From Betaproteobacteria bacterium (lineage in GTDB: Bacteria; Pseudomonadota; Gammaproteobacteria; Burkholderiales; CAIKXV01): a stretch of 64,000 nucleotides of DNA. The position numbers and the translations under genes were made by a program. Below, piece by piece: positions 9,854 to 21,476 of the stretch (position 1 is its first letter; the number at the start of each line of letters is the position of its first letter). Below the pieces are notes generated by a model. It saw nothing but the letters and a program-made list of their open reading frames with translations. It was not told where the DNA came from and made no database searches. The stretch spans positions 37,383-101,382 of the forward strand of contig JAJTHE010000036.1 of assembly GCA_021298815.1 (NCBI GenBank), written 5' to 3'.

Positions 9854-11092
9854 TCAATCGACGACGTGGATGGACGGGATCGGTACCACGAAGCGCCCGC
9901 CCCAGGAACGCATCTGCGGCACCTGGGCGATGATCTCGTCGCGCAGGTTCCACGGCAGGATCAGCAGCAGGTCCGGCTTCGCGTCGAGCAGGGCCTCGGG
10001 CGCGAGCACCGGTATCCGGCTGCCGGGCAGCAGCGTGCCCTGCTTCACCGGGTTGCGGTCGACGGTGAAGTCGATGAAGTCGGTGCCCACGCCGCAGTAG
10101 TTGAGCAGCGTGTTGCCCTTGGCGGGCGCGCCGTAGCCGCAGATGCGCCGGCCGGCACGCTTCGCCTCGATCAGGAAGTCCAGGATCTCGCGCTTGGTCT
10201 CCTTCACCGCCTCCGCGAAGGCGAGATAGGTGGGCAGTTGCTCAAGCCCGGCGGCGCGCTCGCGCGCGGCCAGCGCATCGACCGAGGGCTGCAGCGGCCA
10301 GCCCCGCGCGTCCTGGCGGCAGGCGAACACGCGCAGCGACCCGCCATGGGTCGGCAGCTCCTGGACGTCGAACACGCGCAGCCCGTGCCGTTCGAGGATG
10401 CGCTGCGTGGTGACCAGGGACAGGTAGGAAAAATGCTCGTGGTAGATGGTGTCGAACTGGTGCTGCGCGATCAGGTTCAGCAGGTGCGGGAACTCGAGGG
10501 TGAGCACGCCTTCGGGCTTGAGCGCGGGCGCGAAGCCAGCCGCGAAGTCGTTGATGTCAGGCACGTGCGCGAACACGTTGTTGCCGACCAGCAGGTCGGC
10601 AGCCAAGCCTTCTGCCCGCAGCGTGGCACCCAGCGCCGCGCCGAAGAACTCGACCCGCGAGCGCACGCCGCGCGCCTCGGCCGCCTTCGCCACGTTGGCG
10701 GCCGGCTCGATGCCCAGCACCGGGATGCCGGCCTCGACGAAGTACTGCAGCAGGTAGCCGTCGTTGCTGGCGATCTCGGTGACCTGGCTCGCAGTGCCGA
10801 GCCGTAGCCGCTCGCGCATGCTCGCCACGTAGGTGCGCGCATGGGCGAGCCAGCTGTCGGAGAACGACGAGAAGTAGGCGTAGTCGCCGAAGATGTGCTG
10901 CGGCGACTCGAACGACTCGAGCTGCACCAGCCAGCAGCGTTCGCAGACCCAGGCGTGCAGCGGATAGAACGGCTCCATCTGCCGGGCGCGGTCGAGCGGC
11001 ACGTAGGAATTGGACAGCGGCGACATGCCGAGGTCGCAGAAGGTGTGGGTCAGCGGGTTCGCGCAGAACCGGCAGCGAAGCGGAGCGTTCAT
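9854..11092 (-). CDS. NDP-hexose C-methyltransferase (C3-methyltransferase family)
   Basis: CRFC, DLGMSPLSN, EIASNDGYLL, FDTIYHEHFSY, THGGSLR, GYGAPAKGNTLLNYCG. Confidence 0.92.
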   Translation of the reverse strand: MNAPLRCRFCANPLTHTFCDLGMSPLSNSYVPLDRARQMEPFYPLHAWVCERCWLVQLESFESPQHIFGDYAYFSSFSDSWLAHARTYVASMRERLRLGTASQVTEIASNDGYLLQYFVEAGIPVLGIEPAANVAKAAEARGVRSRVEFFGAALGATLRAEGLAADLLVGNNVFAHVPDINDFAAGFAPALKPEGVLTLEFPHLLNLIAQHQFDTIYHEHFSYLSLVTTQRILERHGLRVFDVQELPTHGGSLRVFACRQDARGWPLQPSVDALAARERAAGLEQLPTYLAFAEAVKETKREILDFLIEAKRAGRRICGYGAPAKGNTLLNYCGVGTDFIDFTVDRNPVKQGTLLPGSRIPVLAPEALLDAKPDLLLILPWNLRDEIIAQVPQMRSWGGRFVVPIPSIHVVD

Positions 11093-12189
11093 GCGGCACC
11101 TTCCAGCACGGCGTTCGCCGGCATGTCGAGATAGGCGTCGATCTGGCGCAGGCACAGGGTCGCCGCATCGGCGCCGGACGCCAGCGCACGGTGCCAGCCG
11201 ACGGTGTCGGCGACCGCACGCGCGAGAGACAGGCGCGGTGTCCAGCCGAGCGCGCGGCGGGCGGCCGAGGCGTCGAGCATCAGCACGCCCGCCTCGTGCG
11301 GGTGGCTGCTGCCGTCGGTGGTCCAGCCGGCACCGTCGCCCCAGCTTGCCGCGGCGAGGTCCGCGACCGTGCCGACGGTGGCGGTCGACGCAGCATCGGG
11401 GCCGAAGTTCCAGCCGCGCGCCTGCGCAGGGCCATCGGCCAGCAGCGCAGCGGCGAGCTGCAGGTAGCCGGCCAGGGGCTCCAGCACGTGCTGGAACGGC
11501 CGGATCGCCGCCGGGTTGCGGATCAGCGCCGGACGGCCCGATTCGAACGCGCGCAGCAGGTCGGGCAGCAGCCGGTCCTGCGACCAGTCGCCGCCGCCGA
11601 TCACGTTCCCCGCGCGGGCGCTGGCCACCGCCGCAGCGGCGGGATCATGGAAGAACGAACGCCGGTAGGACGCAGCGACGATCTCGGCGCAGCCCTTGCT
11701 CGCCGAGTACGGGTCGTGCCCGCCCAGCGGATCGCCTTCGACGTAGCCGCGGTCGAGCCCACGGTTCTCGTAGCACTTGTCGCTGGTCACCACCACCACC
11801 GCGCGCACCGTGGGGGCGCAGCGTACCGCCTCCAGCAGGTTGGCCGTCCCCATCACGTTCGTCGCGAAGGTCTGCACCGGCTCGGCATACGAGCGGCGCA
11901 CCAGCGACTGCGCAGCCAGGTGGAAAACGACCTCCGGCGCCGCTTCGTGCAGCGCGCGGGCAAGGGCATCGGCATCGCGAAGATCGCCGATCAGGGAGCG
12001 TACGCGGCCGCCGACCGCCGCCAGTTCGAACAGGTTCGGACGGGTCTCGGGTTCGAGCGAAAAGCCGGTGACCCGTGCGCCCATGCGGGCGAGCCACAGG
12101 CACAGCCAGGCGCCCTTGAACCCGGTGTGCCCGGTGACCAGCACGCTGCGGCCGAGCCAGCGCCGGTTGCAAAGTGCATCGTCGGTCAC
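11089..12189 (-). CDS. rfbG: CDP-glucose 4,6-dehydratase
   Basis: [50 protein letters not shown]. Confidence 0.95.
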   Translation of the reverse strand: MTDDALCNRRWLGRSVLVTGHTGFKGAWLCLWLARMGARVTGFSLEPETRPNLFELAAVGGRVRSLIGDLRDADALARALHEAAPEVVFHLAAQSLVRRSYAEPVQTFATNVMGTANLLEAVRCAPTVRAVVVVTSDKCYENRGLDRGYVEGDPLGGHDPYSASKGCAEIVAASYRRSFFHDPAAAAVASARAGNVIGGGDWSQDRLLPDLLRAFESGRPALIRNPAAIRPFQHVLEPLAGYLQLAAALLADGPAQARGWNFGPDAASTATVGTVADLAAASWGDGAGWTTDGSSHPHEAGVLMLDASAARRALGWTPRLSLARAVADTVGWHRALASGADAATLCLRQIDAYLDMPANAVLEGAA

Positions 12190-12956
12190 GGCCAGCGCTT
12201 CCATGGCGCCTGGCCCGAGGCCCACAGCTGTTCGAGCAGCGTCTTGTCGCGCAGCGTGTCCATCGGCTGCCAGAAGCCGCGATGGCGGAAGGCGGCCAGT
12301 TCGCCGGCTGCGGTCAGCCGCTCGAGCGGCTCGCGTTCCCAGTGCATCGCGTCGCCGTCGATGAGGTCGAGCACCTTCGGCGACAGCACGAAGAAACCGC
12401 CGTTGATCCAGGCGTTGTCGCCGCGCGGCTTCTCGTCGAAGCGCTCGACCCGGTCGCCCTCGAGCACCAGCGCGCCGTAGCGCCCGGGCGGCTGCACCGC
12501 GGTCAGGGTCGCCTGCCTGCCCTCTGCCCTGTGCCAGGCGACCAGCGCACCGATGTCGACATCGGCCACGCCGTCGCCGTAGGTGAAGCAGAAATCTTCC
12601 TCGTCCAGGTAGGGGGCGACGCGCTTCAGGCGGCCGCCGGTCATCGTGTTCTCGCCGGTGTCGACCAGCGTCACCCGCCAGGGCTCGGCGCTCGCCTGGT
12701 GCACTTCCATCCGGTTCGCCGACATGTCGAAGGTGACGTCGGACATGTGCAGGAAGTAGTTGGCGAAGTATTCCTTGATCACGTAGCCGCGGTAGCCGAG
12801 GCAGACGATGAACTCGTCGATGCCGTGCGCCGAGTAGATCTTCATGATGTGCCAGAGGATCGGCTTGCCGCCGATCTCGATCATCGGCTTCGGCTTCAGG
12901 TGCGATTCTTCGCTGATGCGCGTGCCGAGGCCGCCGGCGAGGATGACCGCCTTCAT
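12186..12956 (-). CDS. rfbF: Glucose-1-phosphate cytidylyltransferase
   Basis: [43 protein letters not shown]. Confidence 0.96.
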   Translation of the reverse strand: MKAVILAGGLGTRISEESHLKPKPMIEIGGKPILWHIMKIYSAHGIDEFIVCLGYRGYVIKEYFANYFLHMSDVTFDMSANRMEVHQASAEPWRVTLVDTGENTMTGGRLKRVAPYLDEEDFCFTYGDGVADVDIGALVAWHRAEGRQATLTAVQPPGRYGALVLEGDRVERFDEKPRGDNAWINGGFFVLSPKVLDLIDGDAMHWEREPLERLTAAGELAAFRHRGFWQPMDTLRDKTLLEQLWASGQAPWKRWP

Positions 12957-13005
12957 CGGGAACACTCCGGGCGCTGGGATGGCTGCAGGTGCATGCCCGA
13001 TTGTC

Positions 13006-13917
13006 TCAGGACTCGGGCGCGCCGGCAGCCAGGCATTCGGAAAGCGCGTCGCGCCAGCCGGGCAGGGCCAGCGCGAACCGGGACTGCAGCCGGCTGCAGT
13101 CGAGCACCGACCAGGCGGGCCGTGGCGCCGGCACGGGATAGTCGGCGGTGGCCAGCGGCCGCAGCCGCGGCCGGCGCGCGAGGCCGGGCGCCTGCGCGAA
13201 GATCGCCTCGGCGAAGCCGAACCAGGTGGTCGAGCCGCCCGCGGTCGCATGGTAGAGGCCGGACACGCCCGGCCAGGAGGCCGGATCGTGCGCATGGCGG
13301 TCGAGCAGGTGCAGGGTGGCGCGGGCGATCGAGCGGCTCCAGGTCGGGCTGCCCCGCTGGTCGTCGACCACGCCCAGTTCCTCGCGCTCGCCCGCCAGCC
13401 GCAGCATGGTGCGCAGGAAGTTGTGGCCGGTCAGCCCGTACACCCAGCTGGTGCGCAGCACGATGGCGGCGCAGCCGCTCGCCGCGATCGCGCGCTCGCC
13501 GTCGAGCTTGCTGCGGCCATAGGCGCCCAGCGGCGCGACCGGGTCGTCCTCGCGGTAGGGACGTCGGGCGCGGCCGTCGAACACGTAGTCGGTCGAGTAG
13601 TGCAGCAGCAGGGCACCGCCGTCGCGGGCGGCGGCCGCCATCGCGGCGGGCGCATCGGCGTTGATCCGCTGGCAGGCGCCAGGCTCGGCTTCGGCGCGGT
13701 CGACGGCGGTCCAGGCCGCGGCATTGACGACCACCTGCGGCCGGGTGCGCGCGATCACCGCATGCACCGCGTCCGCATCGGACAGGTCGCAACCGGCGCG
13801 GTCGAGCGCGATCAGTTCGTACCCGCCCTGCGGGGCCCGGGACGCGCGCTGCTCGAACTGCCGGACCAGTTCGCCGCCGACCTGTCCGTTGCGGCCGAAC
13901 AGCAGCACGCGGATCAC
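13006..13917 (-). CDS. rfbD: dTDP-4-dehydrorhamnose reductase
   Basis: [36 protein letters not shown]. Confidence 0.95.
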   Translation of the reverse strand: MIRVLLFGRNGQVGGELVRQFEQRASRAPQGGYELIALDRAGCDLSDADAVHAVIARTRPQVVVNAAAWTAVDRAEAEPGACQRINADAPAAMAAAARDGGALLLHYSTDYVFDGRARRPYREDDPVAPLGAYGRSKLDGERAIAASGCAAIVLRTSWVYGLTGHNFLRTMLRLAGEREELGVVDDQRGSPTWSRSIARATLHLLDRHAHDPASWPGVSGLYHATAGGSTTWFGFAEAIFAQAPGLARRPRLRPLATADYPVPAPRPAWSVLDCSRLQSRFALALPGWRDALSECLAAGAPES

Positions 13918-14477
13918 GGATAGGTCTCCGCCTCTCGCAACGGCCGGCCGGCCAGGTCGCGCGCCGACAGCACCGGCAGCGCGGCCGCGGACGGATGCAC
14001 GTCGGACAACGGCCAGTCGATGGCGATCTGCGGATCGTTCCACGCGATCGAGCGTTCGAACTGCGGGCCATAGTAGTCGGTGGTCTTGTAGAGCACTTCG
14101 GCGCGTTCCGACAGCACCAGGAAGCCATGGGCGAACCCCGGCGGCACCCACATCAGCGTGCGGTTTCCTGCCGACAGCCGATGGCCGGTCCACTGGCCGA
14201 AGCGCGGCGAACTGCGCCGGATGTCGACCGCGACGTCGAACACCTCGCCGACTACCGCGCGCACCAGCTTGCCCTGCGCCTGCTCGAGCTGGTAGTGCAG
14301 GCCGCGCACCACGCCGGCGAGCGAGATCGAATGGTTGTCCTGCACGAACGGCAGGTCGATGCCGATGTCTGCCATCGCGCGGCGGTTGAAGCTCTCGAAG
14401 AACATGCCGCGCGCATCGCCGTAGGCGGCGGGTTCGATCAGCAGTACCTCGGGAAGTCGGGTCGATTCGGTGCGCAT
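13914..14477 (-). CDS. rfbC: dTDP-4-dehydrorhamnose 3,5-epimerase
   Basis: DARGMFFESFN, FVQDNHS, RGLHYQ, GFAHGF. Confidence 0.95.
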   Translation of the reverse strand: MRTESTRLPEVLLIEPAAYGDARGMFFESFNRRAMADIGIDLPFVQDNHSISLAGVVRGLHYQLEQAQGKLVRAVVGEVFDVAVDIRRSSPRFGQWTGHRLSAGNRTLMWVPPGFAHGFLVLSERAEVLYKTTDYYGPQFERSIAWNDPQIAIDWPLSDVHPSAAALPVLSARDLAGRPLREAETYP

Positions 14478-14508
14478 CCGTTGCCTTGTGGTTTCCGCGC
14501 GGCGGCGT

Positions 14509-15384
14509 TCAGTACAGCCGGTCGTGCAGCACGCCGCGCAGGTAATCGCCGTAGCCGCTCTTGCCGAGCGCGCCGGCCAGGGCTGCCAGTGCCGCGTCGT
14601 CGATCCAGCCCTGGCGCCAGGCGATCTCCTCCGGGCAGGCGACCTTCAGGCCCTGGCGCTTCTCGATGGTCTGGATGAACTGGCTGGCCTCGAGCAGGGA
14701 GTCGTGCGTGCCGGTATCCAGCCAGGCCATGCCGCGGCCCAGCGCGACCACCTCGAGCTCGCCCCGATCGAGGTAGGCGCGGTTGAGGTCGGTGATCTCC
14801 AGCTCGCCGCGCGGCGAGGGCCGCAGCCGCGCCGCGAGGTCGGGCGCCCGGCCATCGTAGAAATAGAGCCCGGTCACCGCATAGCGCGAGCGCGGTGCCT
14901 GCGGCTTCTCTTCCAGCCCGAGTGCCCGGCCGTGGTCGTCGAACTCGACCACGCCGTAGCGCTCCGGGTCGTTGACCGGATAGGCGAACACCGTCGCGCC
15001 GGTGGTGCGGGCGGCCGCCTGCGCGAGCAGGCCTGTCAGGTCGTTGCCATGGAAGATGTTGTCGCCCAGCACCAGCGCGCAGCCCTGGCCATCGAGGAAG
15101 CTGCGCCCGATCAGCAGGGCCTGCGCGATGCCGTCGGGCTTCGGCTGCACCGCGTAGGACAGCGACAGGCCCCAGCGCGAGCCGTCACCCAGCAGCTGCT
15201 GGAAGCGCGGCGTGTCCTGCGGCGTCGAGATCAGCAGCACCTCGCGGATGCCGGCGAGCATCAGCGTGGACAGCGGGTAGTAGACCAGCGGCTTGTCGTA
15301 CACCGGCAGCAGCTGCTTGGAGACGGCCAGGGTGGCCGGATGCAGGCGGGTGCCCGCGCCGCCGGCCAGCAGGATGCCCTTCAT
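14509..15384 (-). CDS. rfbA: Glucose-1-phosphate thymidylyltransferase
   Basis: [41 protein letters not shown]. Confidence 0.96.
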   Translation of the reverse strand: MKGILLAGGAGTRLHPATLAVSKQLLPVYDKPLVYYPLSTLMLAGIREVLLISTPQDTPRFQQLLGDGSRWGLSLSYAVQPKPDGIAQALLIGRSFLDGQGCALVLGDNIFHGNDLTGLLAQAAARTTGATVFAYPVNDPERYGVVEFDDHGRALGLEEKPQAPRSRYAVTGLYFYDGRAPDLAARLRPSPRGELEITDLNRAYLDRGELEVVALGRGMAWLDTGTHDSLLEASQFIQTIEKRQGLKVACPEEIAWRQGWIDDAALAALAGALGKSGYGDYLRGVLHDRLY

Positions 15385-16511
15385 CGTGCGCGCTCCCCGC
15401 TGCGGTAGTTGGTGTCGAGCCACTGGCGATAGGCGCCGGTCTCGATGCCGGCGATCCAGGCGTCGTTCCCGAGGTACCACGCGACCGTGTCGCGCAGGCC
15501 CTGCTCGAAGGCGACGGCCGGCGTCCAGCCCAGTTCGGCGGCGATCTTGCGCTGGTCGATCGCGTAGCGGCGGTCGTGGCCGGGGCGATCGGTGACATGG
15601 GCGATCTGCGCCGCGTACGAGGCGCCGTCGGCGCGCGGCGCCAGCTCGTCGAGCAGGCTGCACAGCAGGTTCACCACCGACAGGTTCTCGCGCTCCGCGC
15701 TGCCGCCGATGTTGTAGGTCTCGCCGGGCCTGCCGCGCGCGAGCACCGCTCGCAGCGCGCTCGCATGGTCGCTCACGTGCAGCCAGTCGCGCACCTGCCG
15801 GCCGTCGCCGTACACCGGAAGGCGTTCGCCGCGCCGCGCATTGCGGATCATCAGCGGCACCAGCTTCTCGGGAAACTGCAGCGGGCCGTAGTTGTTCGAG
15901 CAGTGGGTGATGATCGCCGGCAGACCGTAGGTGTGCCAGGCGGCCTGCACCAGGTGGTCGGCGGCCGCCTTGGACGCCGAATACGGGCTGCGCGGCGAGA
16001 ACGGCGTGGCCTCGCTGAACGGCGGATCGTCCGGCCCGAGCGCGCCGAACACCTCGTCGGTCGAGACCTGGATGAAGCGGAACGCGGCGCGGTCCGCGGC
16101 GTCCAGCGTCGACAGCCATTCGCGTGCCGCCTCGAGCAGGTTGAAGGTGCCGACGATGTTGGTCTGCACGAACGCGTCCGGGCCGAGGATCGAGCGGTCG
16201 ACATGGCTCTCGGCGGCGAAGTTCACGATGGCGCCGACGCGATGCTCGCGCAGCAGCCGGGCGACCAGCGCGCGGTCGTTGATGTCGCCGTGCACGAAGA
16301 CATGGCGGGGATCGCCGGCGAGCCGGTCGAGGCTGGCCAGGTTGCCCGCGTAGGTCAGTGCGTCCAGGTTGACCACCGGCGTGGCCTGCGCATGGCCGGG
16401 TGCCAGCCAGTCGAGGACGAAGTTGGCGCCGATGAAGCCGGCGCCCCCGGTAACCAGGATGGCCGGACGGCCCGGCGGCCCGTTCTCGGGGCGGCTGTCC
16501 TGCGCGGTCAC
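15381..16511 (-). CDS. rfbB: dTDP-glucose 4,6-dehydratase
   Basis: [44 protein letters not shown]. Confidence 0.96.
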   Translation of the reverse strand: MTAQDSRPENGPPGRPAILVTGGAGFIGANFVLDWLAPGHAQATPVVNLDALTYAGNLASLDRLAGDPRHVFVHGDINDRALVARLLREHRVGAIVNFAAESHVDRSILGPDAFVQTNIVGTFNLLEAAREWLSTLDAADRAAFRFIQVSTDEVFGALGPDDPPFSEATPFSPRSPYSASKAAADHLVQAAWHTYGLPAIITHCSNNYGPLQFPEKLVPLMIRNARRGERLPVYGDGRQVRDWLHVSDHASALRAVLARGRPGETYNIGGSAERENLSVVNLLCSLLDELAPRADGASYAAQIAHVTDRPGHDRRYAIDQRKIAAELGWTPAVAFEQGLRDTVAWYLGNDAWIAGIETGAYRQWLDTNYRSGERAR

Positions 16512-17824
16512 AGGCGCCAGACGCGCCAGCCGGCGGCGGCCAGCGCCGCGCGGTCGAACGCTGCCTTGACGTCGACGAACGCGCCGCCCTCGACGAGCAG
16601 CGCGCGATAGCGCTCGACCGGGCCTTGCAGGAACGCGCGATGGCTGACCGCGACCACCAGGGCCTCCGCGCGCGGCAGGTCCTCCCAGGCATGCAGCACC
16701 ACGCCGTACTCGTGCGCCGCCTCGGCGGCCGAGGCGACCGGATCGTGGCAATGCACCTCGACCCCGAAGCTCTGCAGCTCGCGGATGACGTCGATCACCT
16801 TCGAGTTGCGCAGGTCCGGCACGTCTTCCTTGAAGGTGAGCCCGAGCACGTTCACCTTCGCGCCGCGCACGGCCGAGCCGGCGGCGATCAGCTGCTTGAC
16901 GGTCTGCGCTGCGACCCAGGCCCCCATGCCGTCGTTGATCCGGCGTCCGGCGAGGATCACTTCCGGGTGGTAGCCGACGGTCTCGGCCTTGTGCGTGAGG
17001 TAGTACGGGTCGACGCCGATGCAGTGACCGCCGACCAGCCCGGGGCGGAACGGCAGGAAGTTCCACTTGGTGGCGGCCGCGGCGAGCACGTCCTGCGTGT
17101 CGAGGCCGAGCCGGTGGAAGATCAGCGACAGCTCGTTCATCAGCGCGATGTTCAGGTCGCGCTGCGTGTTCTCGATCACCTTGGCGGCCTCGGCCACGGC
17201 GATGCTCGGCGCACGATGCACGCCGGCCCGCACCACCACCTCGTACAGCGCGGCCACCGCATCGAGGGTGTCCGGCGTGTCCCCGGCGACCACCTTGACG
17301 ATGCGCGACAGCGTGTGTTCCCGATCCCCCGGGTTGATCCGTTCCGGCGAATAGCCGACGAAGAAGTCCTGCTTCCAGCGGCCGCCGGACACCTGCTCGA
17401 GCAGAGGGATGCAGACCTCCTCGGTGGCGCCCGGATACACGGTGGACTCGAACACGATGGTCGCGCCCGGCTTCAGGTGCGCGCCGGCGCTGCGGCAGGC
17501 ACCGCGCAGCGGGCCGAAGTCCGGCTGGTGCGCGCCATCGACCGGCGTCGGCACCGCCACCACGATGAAGTCGGCCGCGCGCAGCGCCGACGGATCGGTC
17601 GTGTAGCGTGCCCGGCTCGCCGCCGCATAGTCGGCCGCCGTCGCTTCCCCGGTGTGGTCCACGCCGCGGCTGCAGTCGGCCACGCGCCGTTCCGAGATGT
17701 CGAAGCCGAGGGTGTCCATCTCGCGGCCGAAGGCCAGCGCGAGCGGCAGCCCGACGTAACCCAGGCCCACGACCGCGACGGTGCAGTCGCGCACGGCCGG
17801 CCGGCGCTGCGTCGCCGGGCTCAA
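16508..17824 (-). CDS. Nucleotide sugar dehydrogenase (UDP-N-acetyl-hexosamine C6 dehydrogenase, TviB/WbpO-like)
   Basis: [48 protein letters not shown]. Confidence 0.92.
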   Translation of the reverse strand: MSPATQRRPAVRDCTVAVVGLGYVGLPLALAFGREMDTLGFDISERRVADCSRGVDHTGEATAADYAAASRARYTTDPSALRAADFIVVAVPTPVDGAHQPDFGPLRGACRSAGAHLKPGATIVFESTVYPGATEEVCIPLLEQVSGGRWKQDFFVGYSPERINPGDREHTLSRIVKVVAGDTPDTLDAVAALYEVVVRAGVHRAPSIAVAEAAKVIENTQRDLNIALMNELSLIFHRLGLDTQDVLAAAATKWNFLPFRPGLVGGHCIGVDPYYLTHKAETVGYHPEVILAGRRINDGMGAWVAAQTVKQLIAAGSAVRGAKVNVLGLTFKEDVPDLRNSKVIDVIRELQSFGVEVHCHDPVASAAEAAHEYGVVLHAWEDLPRAEALVVAVSHRAFLQGPVERYRALLVEGGAFVDVKAAFDRAALAAAGWRVWRL

Positions 17825-18828
17825 CGCGCGGTCCAGCCGAGGTACCACTCGACGAAGCGCCGCACGCCGGTGTCGATCGGCGTGCACGGCTTGAAGCCGA
17901 CCGCGGCGTCCAGCGCGGACACGTCGGCGAAGGTCGCCTCGACGTCGCCGGGCTGCATCGGCAGCAGGTTGCGCACCGCCTTGCGCCCGAGCGCGTCCTC
18001 GATCGCCGCGATGAAGTCGAGCAGTTGCACCGGGCTCTGGTTGCCGATGTTGTACAGCCGGTACGGCGCATCGCTGACCGCGGCGTTCGGCACGCGCCGG
18101 TCGTAGCCGGCGTCCGGCGTCGCGACACGGTCGACCACGCGCACCACGCCCTCGACGATGTCGTCGATGTAGGTGAAGTCGCGCCGCATCCGGCCCTCGT
18201 TGAACACGTCGATCGGCCTGCCGTCGAGGATGGCCCGGGTGAACAGCCAGAGCGCCATGTCCGGCCGGCCCCAGGGGCCGTAGACGGTGAAGAAACGCAG
18301 GCCGGTGGTCGGCAGCCGGAACAGGTGGCTGTAGCAGTGCGCCATCAGTTCGTTCGACTTCTTGGTCGCCGCATACAGGCTGACCGGATGGTCTACATCC
18401 TGCTCGACCCGGAACGGCAGGTCGGCATTGTGCCCGTACACGCTCGAACTGCTGGCGTAGACGAGGTGCTCGACCGCATGGTGGCGGCAGGCCTCCAGCA
18501 CGTTCACGAACCCGGTCAGGTTGCTGGTGACGTAGGCCTGTGGGTTCTTCAGCGAATAGCGCACGCCGGCCTGCGCGGCCAGGTTCACCACCCGCTGCGG
18601 ACGGTACGCGGCGAACACCTCGTCCAGCGCCCCGGCGTCCGAGATGTCGAGTCGGTGGAAACGGAACGCCGGATGCGACAGCAGCCGATCGAGCCGGGCC
18701 TGCTTCAGCGCCGGGTCATAATAGTCGTTAAGGTTGTCGACCCCGATGACTTCATCGCCGCGCGCCAGCAGGCGTTCGCAGGTGTGCATGCCGATGAAGC
18801 CGGCGCACCCGGTCAGCAGGATCTTCAT
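17821..18828 (-). CDS. NAD-dependent epimerase (UDP-glucuronate 4-epimerase-like)
   Basis: TGCAGFIG, LAAQAGVRYS, YAATKKSNE, RFFTVYGPWGRPDM. Confidence 0.93.
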   Translation of the reverse strand: MKILLTGCAGFIGMHTCERLLARGDEVIGVDNLNDYYDPALKQARLDRLLSHPAFRFHRLDISDAGALDEVFAAYRPQRVVNLAAQAGVRYSLKNPQAYVTSNLTGFVNVLEACRHHAVEHLVYASSSSVYGHNADLPFRVEQDVDHPVSLYAATKKSNELMAHCYSHLFRLPTTGLRFFTVYGPWGRPDMALWLFTRAILDGRPIDVFNEGRMRRDFTYIDDIVEGVVRVVDRVATPDAGYDRRVPNAAVSDAPYRLYNIGNQSPVQLLDFIAAIEDALGRKAVRNLLPMQPGDVEATFADVSALDAAVGFKPCTPIDTGVRRFVEWYLGWTAR

Positions 18829-18905
18829 CGCGCGGGCGGCGTGCCGCGTACCGAATCGAGCATGATTGCAGTCATGCCGATATTCTAGGCTGATCGATAC
18901 TTCCG

Positions 18906-19979
18906 GTGTACCCCGTGCCCGCCCCCACCCTCGCGTCCCCGCCGGCGCCGAGCCCTCCCCCGCGGACATCCGCGCGCGCGCCGTTGCGCAGGATCCTGCT
19001 GGTGAAGACCTCGTCGCTCGGCGATGTCGTGCACAACCTGCCGGTGGTCGACGACCTGCATCGCGCGCTGCCGGGCGTGGAGGTCGACTGGCTGGTCGAG
19101 CAGGCGTTCGCCGAGGTGCCGGCGCTGCACCCCGGCGTGCATGCGGTGATCCCGTGTGCGTTGCGCCGCTGGCGCGCACGGCCCTGGGCGGCGGAAAGCC
19201 GCGCCGGCTGGCGCGAGATGCGCGAGCGGCTCGCGGCCCGGCCCTACGACCTGGTCGTGGATACGCAGGGGCTGCTGAAGAGCGCGCTGCTCGCGCGCCT
19301 GGCCACCGGCCCGCGCGCGGGCTTCGACCAGTCGAGCGTGCGCGAGGCGCTGGCGACGCGCTTCTACCAGCAGGCGTACCCGGTGCCGCGCACTCTGCAT
19401 GCACTGGAACGCAACCGGCAACTGGTCGCGCAGGCCGCTGGCTACACGCTGTGCGACCCGCCGTCCTACGGCTTGCGCCTGCCGCCGGGCGGCGGCGGGC
19501 GGGACGACGGCAACCTGGACGACTGGGACCCGCGTACGCCCTTCGTGGTGTTCCTGCATGCCACCGCGCGGGCCGAGAAGCTCTGGCCCGAGTCGGCCTG
19601 GATCGCGCTCGGGCGGGAAGCGTACGAACGCCTCGGGCTGCGTGCACTGCTGCCCTGGGGTTCGGACGCGGAGCGTGCGCGCGCCGAACGGCTGGCCCGG
19701 TCGATCCCGGGCGCCCGGGTGCCGGCGCGCACCGGCCTCGCGGAACTCGCCCGCGGCCTGTCGCGGGCGAGGGTGGTGATCGGTGTCGACACCGGGTTGC
19801 TGCACCTGGCCTCGGCGGTCGGGGTACGCTGCATCGGCATCTACGTGGCGACCGATCCCGCGCGCAACGGCCTCTATCCGCCTTCGGTCGGACTGAACCT
19901 CGGCGGCATGTCCATCGTACCCGGTCCGGGCGAGGTGCTGGCGGCCGTTTCGCAGGTCACTGCCTGGCAGGCGCCATGA
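18906..19979 (+). CDS. waaC: LPS heptosyltransferase I
   Basis: ILLVKTSSLGDVVH, DTQGLLKSA, LPWG..E, GVDTGLLHLA; start may be GTG 18915. Confidence 0.92.
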   Translation: MYPVPAPTLASPPAPSPPPRTSARAPLRRILLVKTSSLGDVVHNLPVVDDLHRALPGVEVDWLVEQAFAEVPALHPGVHAVIPCALRRWRARPWAAESRAGWREMRERLAARPYDLVVDTQGLLKSALLARLATGPRAGFDQSSVREALATRFYQQAYPVPRTLHALERNRQLVAQAAGYTLCDPPSYGLRLPPGGGGRDDGNLDDWDPRTPFVVFLHATARAEKLWPESAWIALGREAYERLGLRALLPWGSDAERARAERLARSIPGARVPARTGLAELARGLSRARVVIGVDTGLLHLASAVGVRCIGIYVATDPARNGLYPPSVGLNLGGMSIVPGPGEVLAAVSQVTAWQAP

Positions 19980-21358
19980 CCGGGGCAGGCGACCCGCGCA
20001 CGCCGCCGGCAGCGACAGCGGCAACGCGGGTCGGTACCGACAGCGGCAGGCGCGGCGGCACCGGCGGCCGCCGCCTGTACACCCTGGGCCTGTGGCTGGC
20101 GGCGCCGCTGGTGCTGGCGCGGCTCGCGCTGCGTGCCCGCCGCCACCCCGAGTACCTGCACCACCTGGGCGAGCGGTTCGGACGCTACCCGCTGGATGGC
20201 GCGGCGCCGGCGGGCCGGCGCGACGAGCCCGGGCCGCTGTTCTGGCTGCATGCGGTATCGGTCGGGGAAACCCAGGCGGCGCGGCCGGTGATCGAGGCCC
20301 TGCGTGCACGCGTGCCGGATGCACGGTTCCTGCTGACCCACATGACACCGACCGGGCGCGCGACCGCGCGCGAACTGTTCGGCGACGGCGTGCGCTCGGT
20401 CTACCTGCCGTACGACTTCCCGTTCGCGGTCCGGCGATTCCTGGACCGTTTCCGGCCGGATGCCGGCGTGATCATGGAGACCGAACTCTGGCCGAACCTC
20501 GTGTCCTGCTGCCAGCGGTCGGGCGTGCCGCTGTACCTGGTCAACGCCCGCCTGTCCGAGCGCTCGGCGGCGCGCTACCGCCGCTTCCCGACGCTCACCG
20601 CCAGCGCGCTGCGCGGACTGTCCGGCATCCTTGCCCAGGCCGACGCCGACGCCGACCGGCTGCGCGCGCTCGGTGCCCCGGAGGTGTACGTCACCGGCAA
20701 CGTGAAGTTCGATGCGCTGCCGCCCCCGTCACTGGTCGCGCTCGGCGCACGCTGGCGCGCCGCCTTGCAGGGGCGCCCGGTCTGGATCGCCGCCAGCACG
20801 CGCGACGGCGAGGAGCCGCTGGTGATCGAGGCGCTGCGCGCGGTGCAGGTGCCCGGTGCGCTGCTGCTGCTGGTGCCGCGCCATCCGCAGCGCTTCGACG
20901 ATGTCGCGCGGCTGCTCGGGCAGGCTGGCGTGCGCCATGCCAGGCGCAGCACGCCGGGCGCGATGGAATCGCTCGCCGACCGGTCGATCGCGGTGCTGCT
21001 CGGCGACAGCATGGGCGAGATGGCCGCGTACTACGCCGCCAGCGACCTCGCCTTCGTCGGCGGCAGCCTGCTGCCGCTGGGCGGGCAGAACCTGATCGAG
21101 CCGTGCGCGCTGGGCCGGCCGGTGCTGGTCGGTCCGCACACGTTCAACTTCCGGGAAGTGGCGGACCAGGCGATCGAGGCCGGCGCCGCGCGCCGGGTCG
21201 AGGACGCGGCCGGGCTGGCGTCGGAAGTCACGCGGCTGCTGGCCGACCCGGCCGCGCGTGACGCGATGGGCGAGGCGGGCGCGGCGTTCGCGCAGCGGCA
21301 CCGGGGGGCGACGGCGCGCACGGTCGATGTGCTGCTGGGTGGTCGTCCCGGCGGTTGA
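19976..21358 (+). CDS. waaA: Kdo transferase (lipid IVA 3-deoxy-D-manno-octulosonate transferase)
   Basis: WLHAVSVGE, YLPYD, METELWPN, GNVKFD, VPRHPQRF, GGQNLIEP. Confidence 0.95.
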   Translation: MTGAGDPRTPPAATAATRVGTDSGRRGGTGGRRLYTLGLWLAAPLVLARLALRARRHPEYLHHLGERFGRYPLDGAAPAGRRDEPGPLFWLHAVSVGETQAARPVIEALRARVPDARFLLTHMTPTGRATARELFGDGVRSVYLPYDFPFAVRRFLDRFRPDAGVIMETELWPNLVSCCQRSGVPLYLVNARLSERSAARYRRFPTLTASALRGLSGILAQADADADRLRALGAPEVYVTGNVKFDALPPPSLVALGARWRAALQGRPVWIAASTRDGEEPLVIEALRAVQVPGALLLLVPRHPQRFDDVARLLGQAGVRHARRSTPGAMESLADRSIAVLLGDSMGEMAAYYAASDLAFVGGSLLPLGGQNLIEPCALGRPVLVGPHTFNFREVADQAIEAGAARRVEDAAGLASEVTRLLADPAARDAMGEAGAAFAQRHRGATARTVDVLLGGRPGG

Positions 21359-21405
21359 CGGGCCTTGCTTGCTCGGATGCTGGCCGTGCCTGGGTGGGTG
21401 CTGGG

Positions 21406-21476
21406 GGCCTGCTGGGGGTATCGCCGGCGCGGCTCCGGCTTCACAGTCGCCTCGCCGGCGATACCCCCAGCAGGCC
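21406..21476. repeat. Long inverted repeat (24-bp perfect arms), palindrome family B copy 1
   Basis: GGCCTGCTGGGGGTATCGCCGGCG (21406-21429) is the exact reverse complement of 21453-21476. Confidence 0.9.

Noticed and set aside
1..18828. Interpretation of the FkbH/ACP/methyltransferase genes as a polyketide or antibiotic cluster
   Set aside because: There is no ketosynthase or NRPS; the flippase, WbqC, rfb genes and adjacent waaC/waaA indicate surface polysaccharide synthesis.
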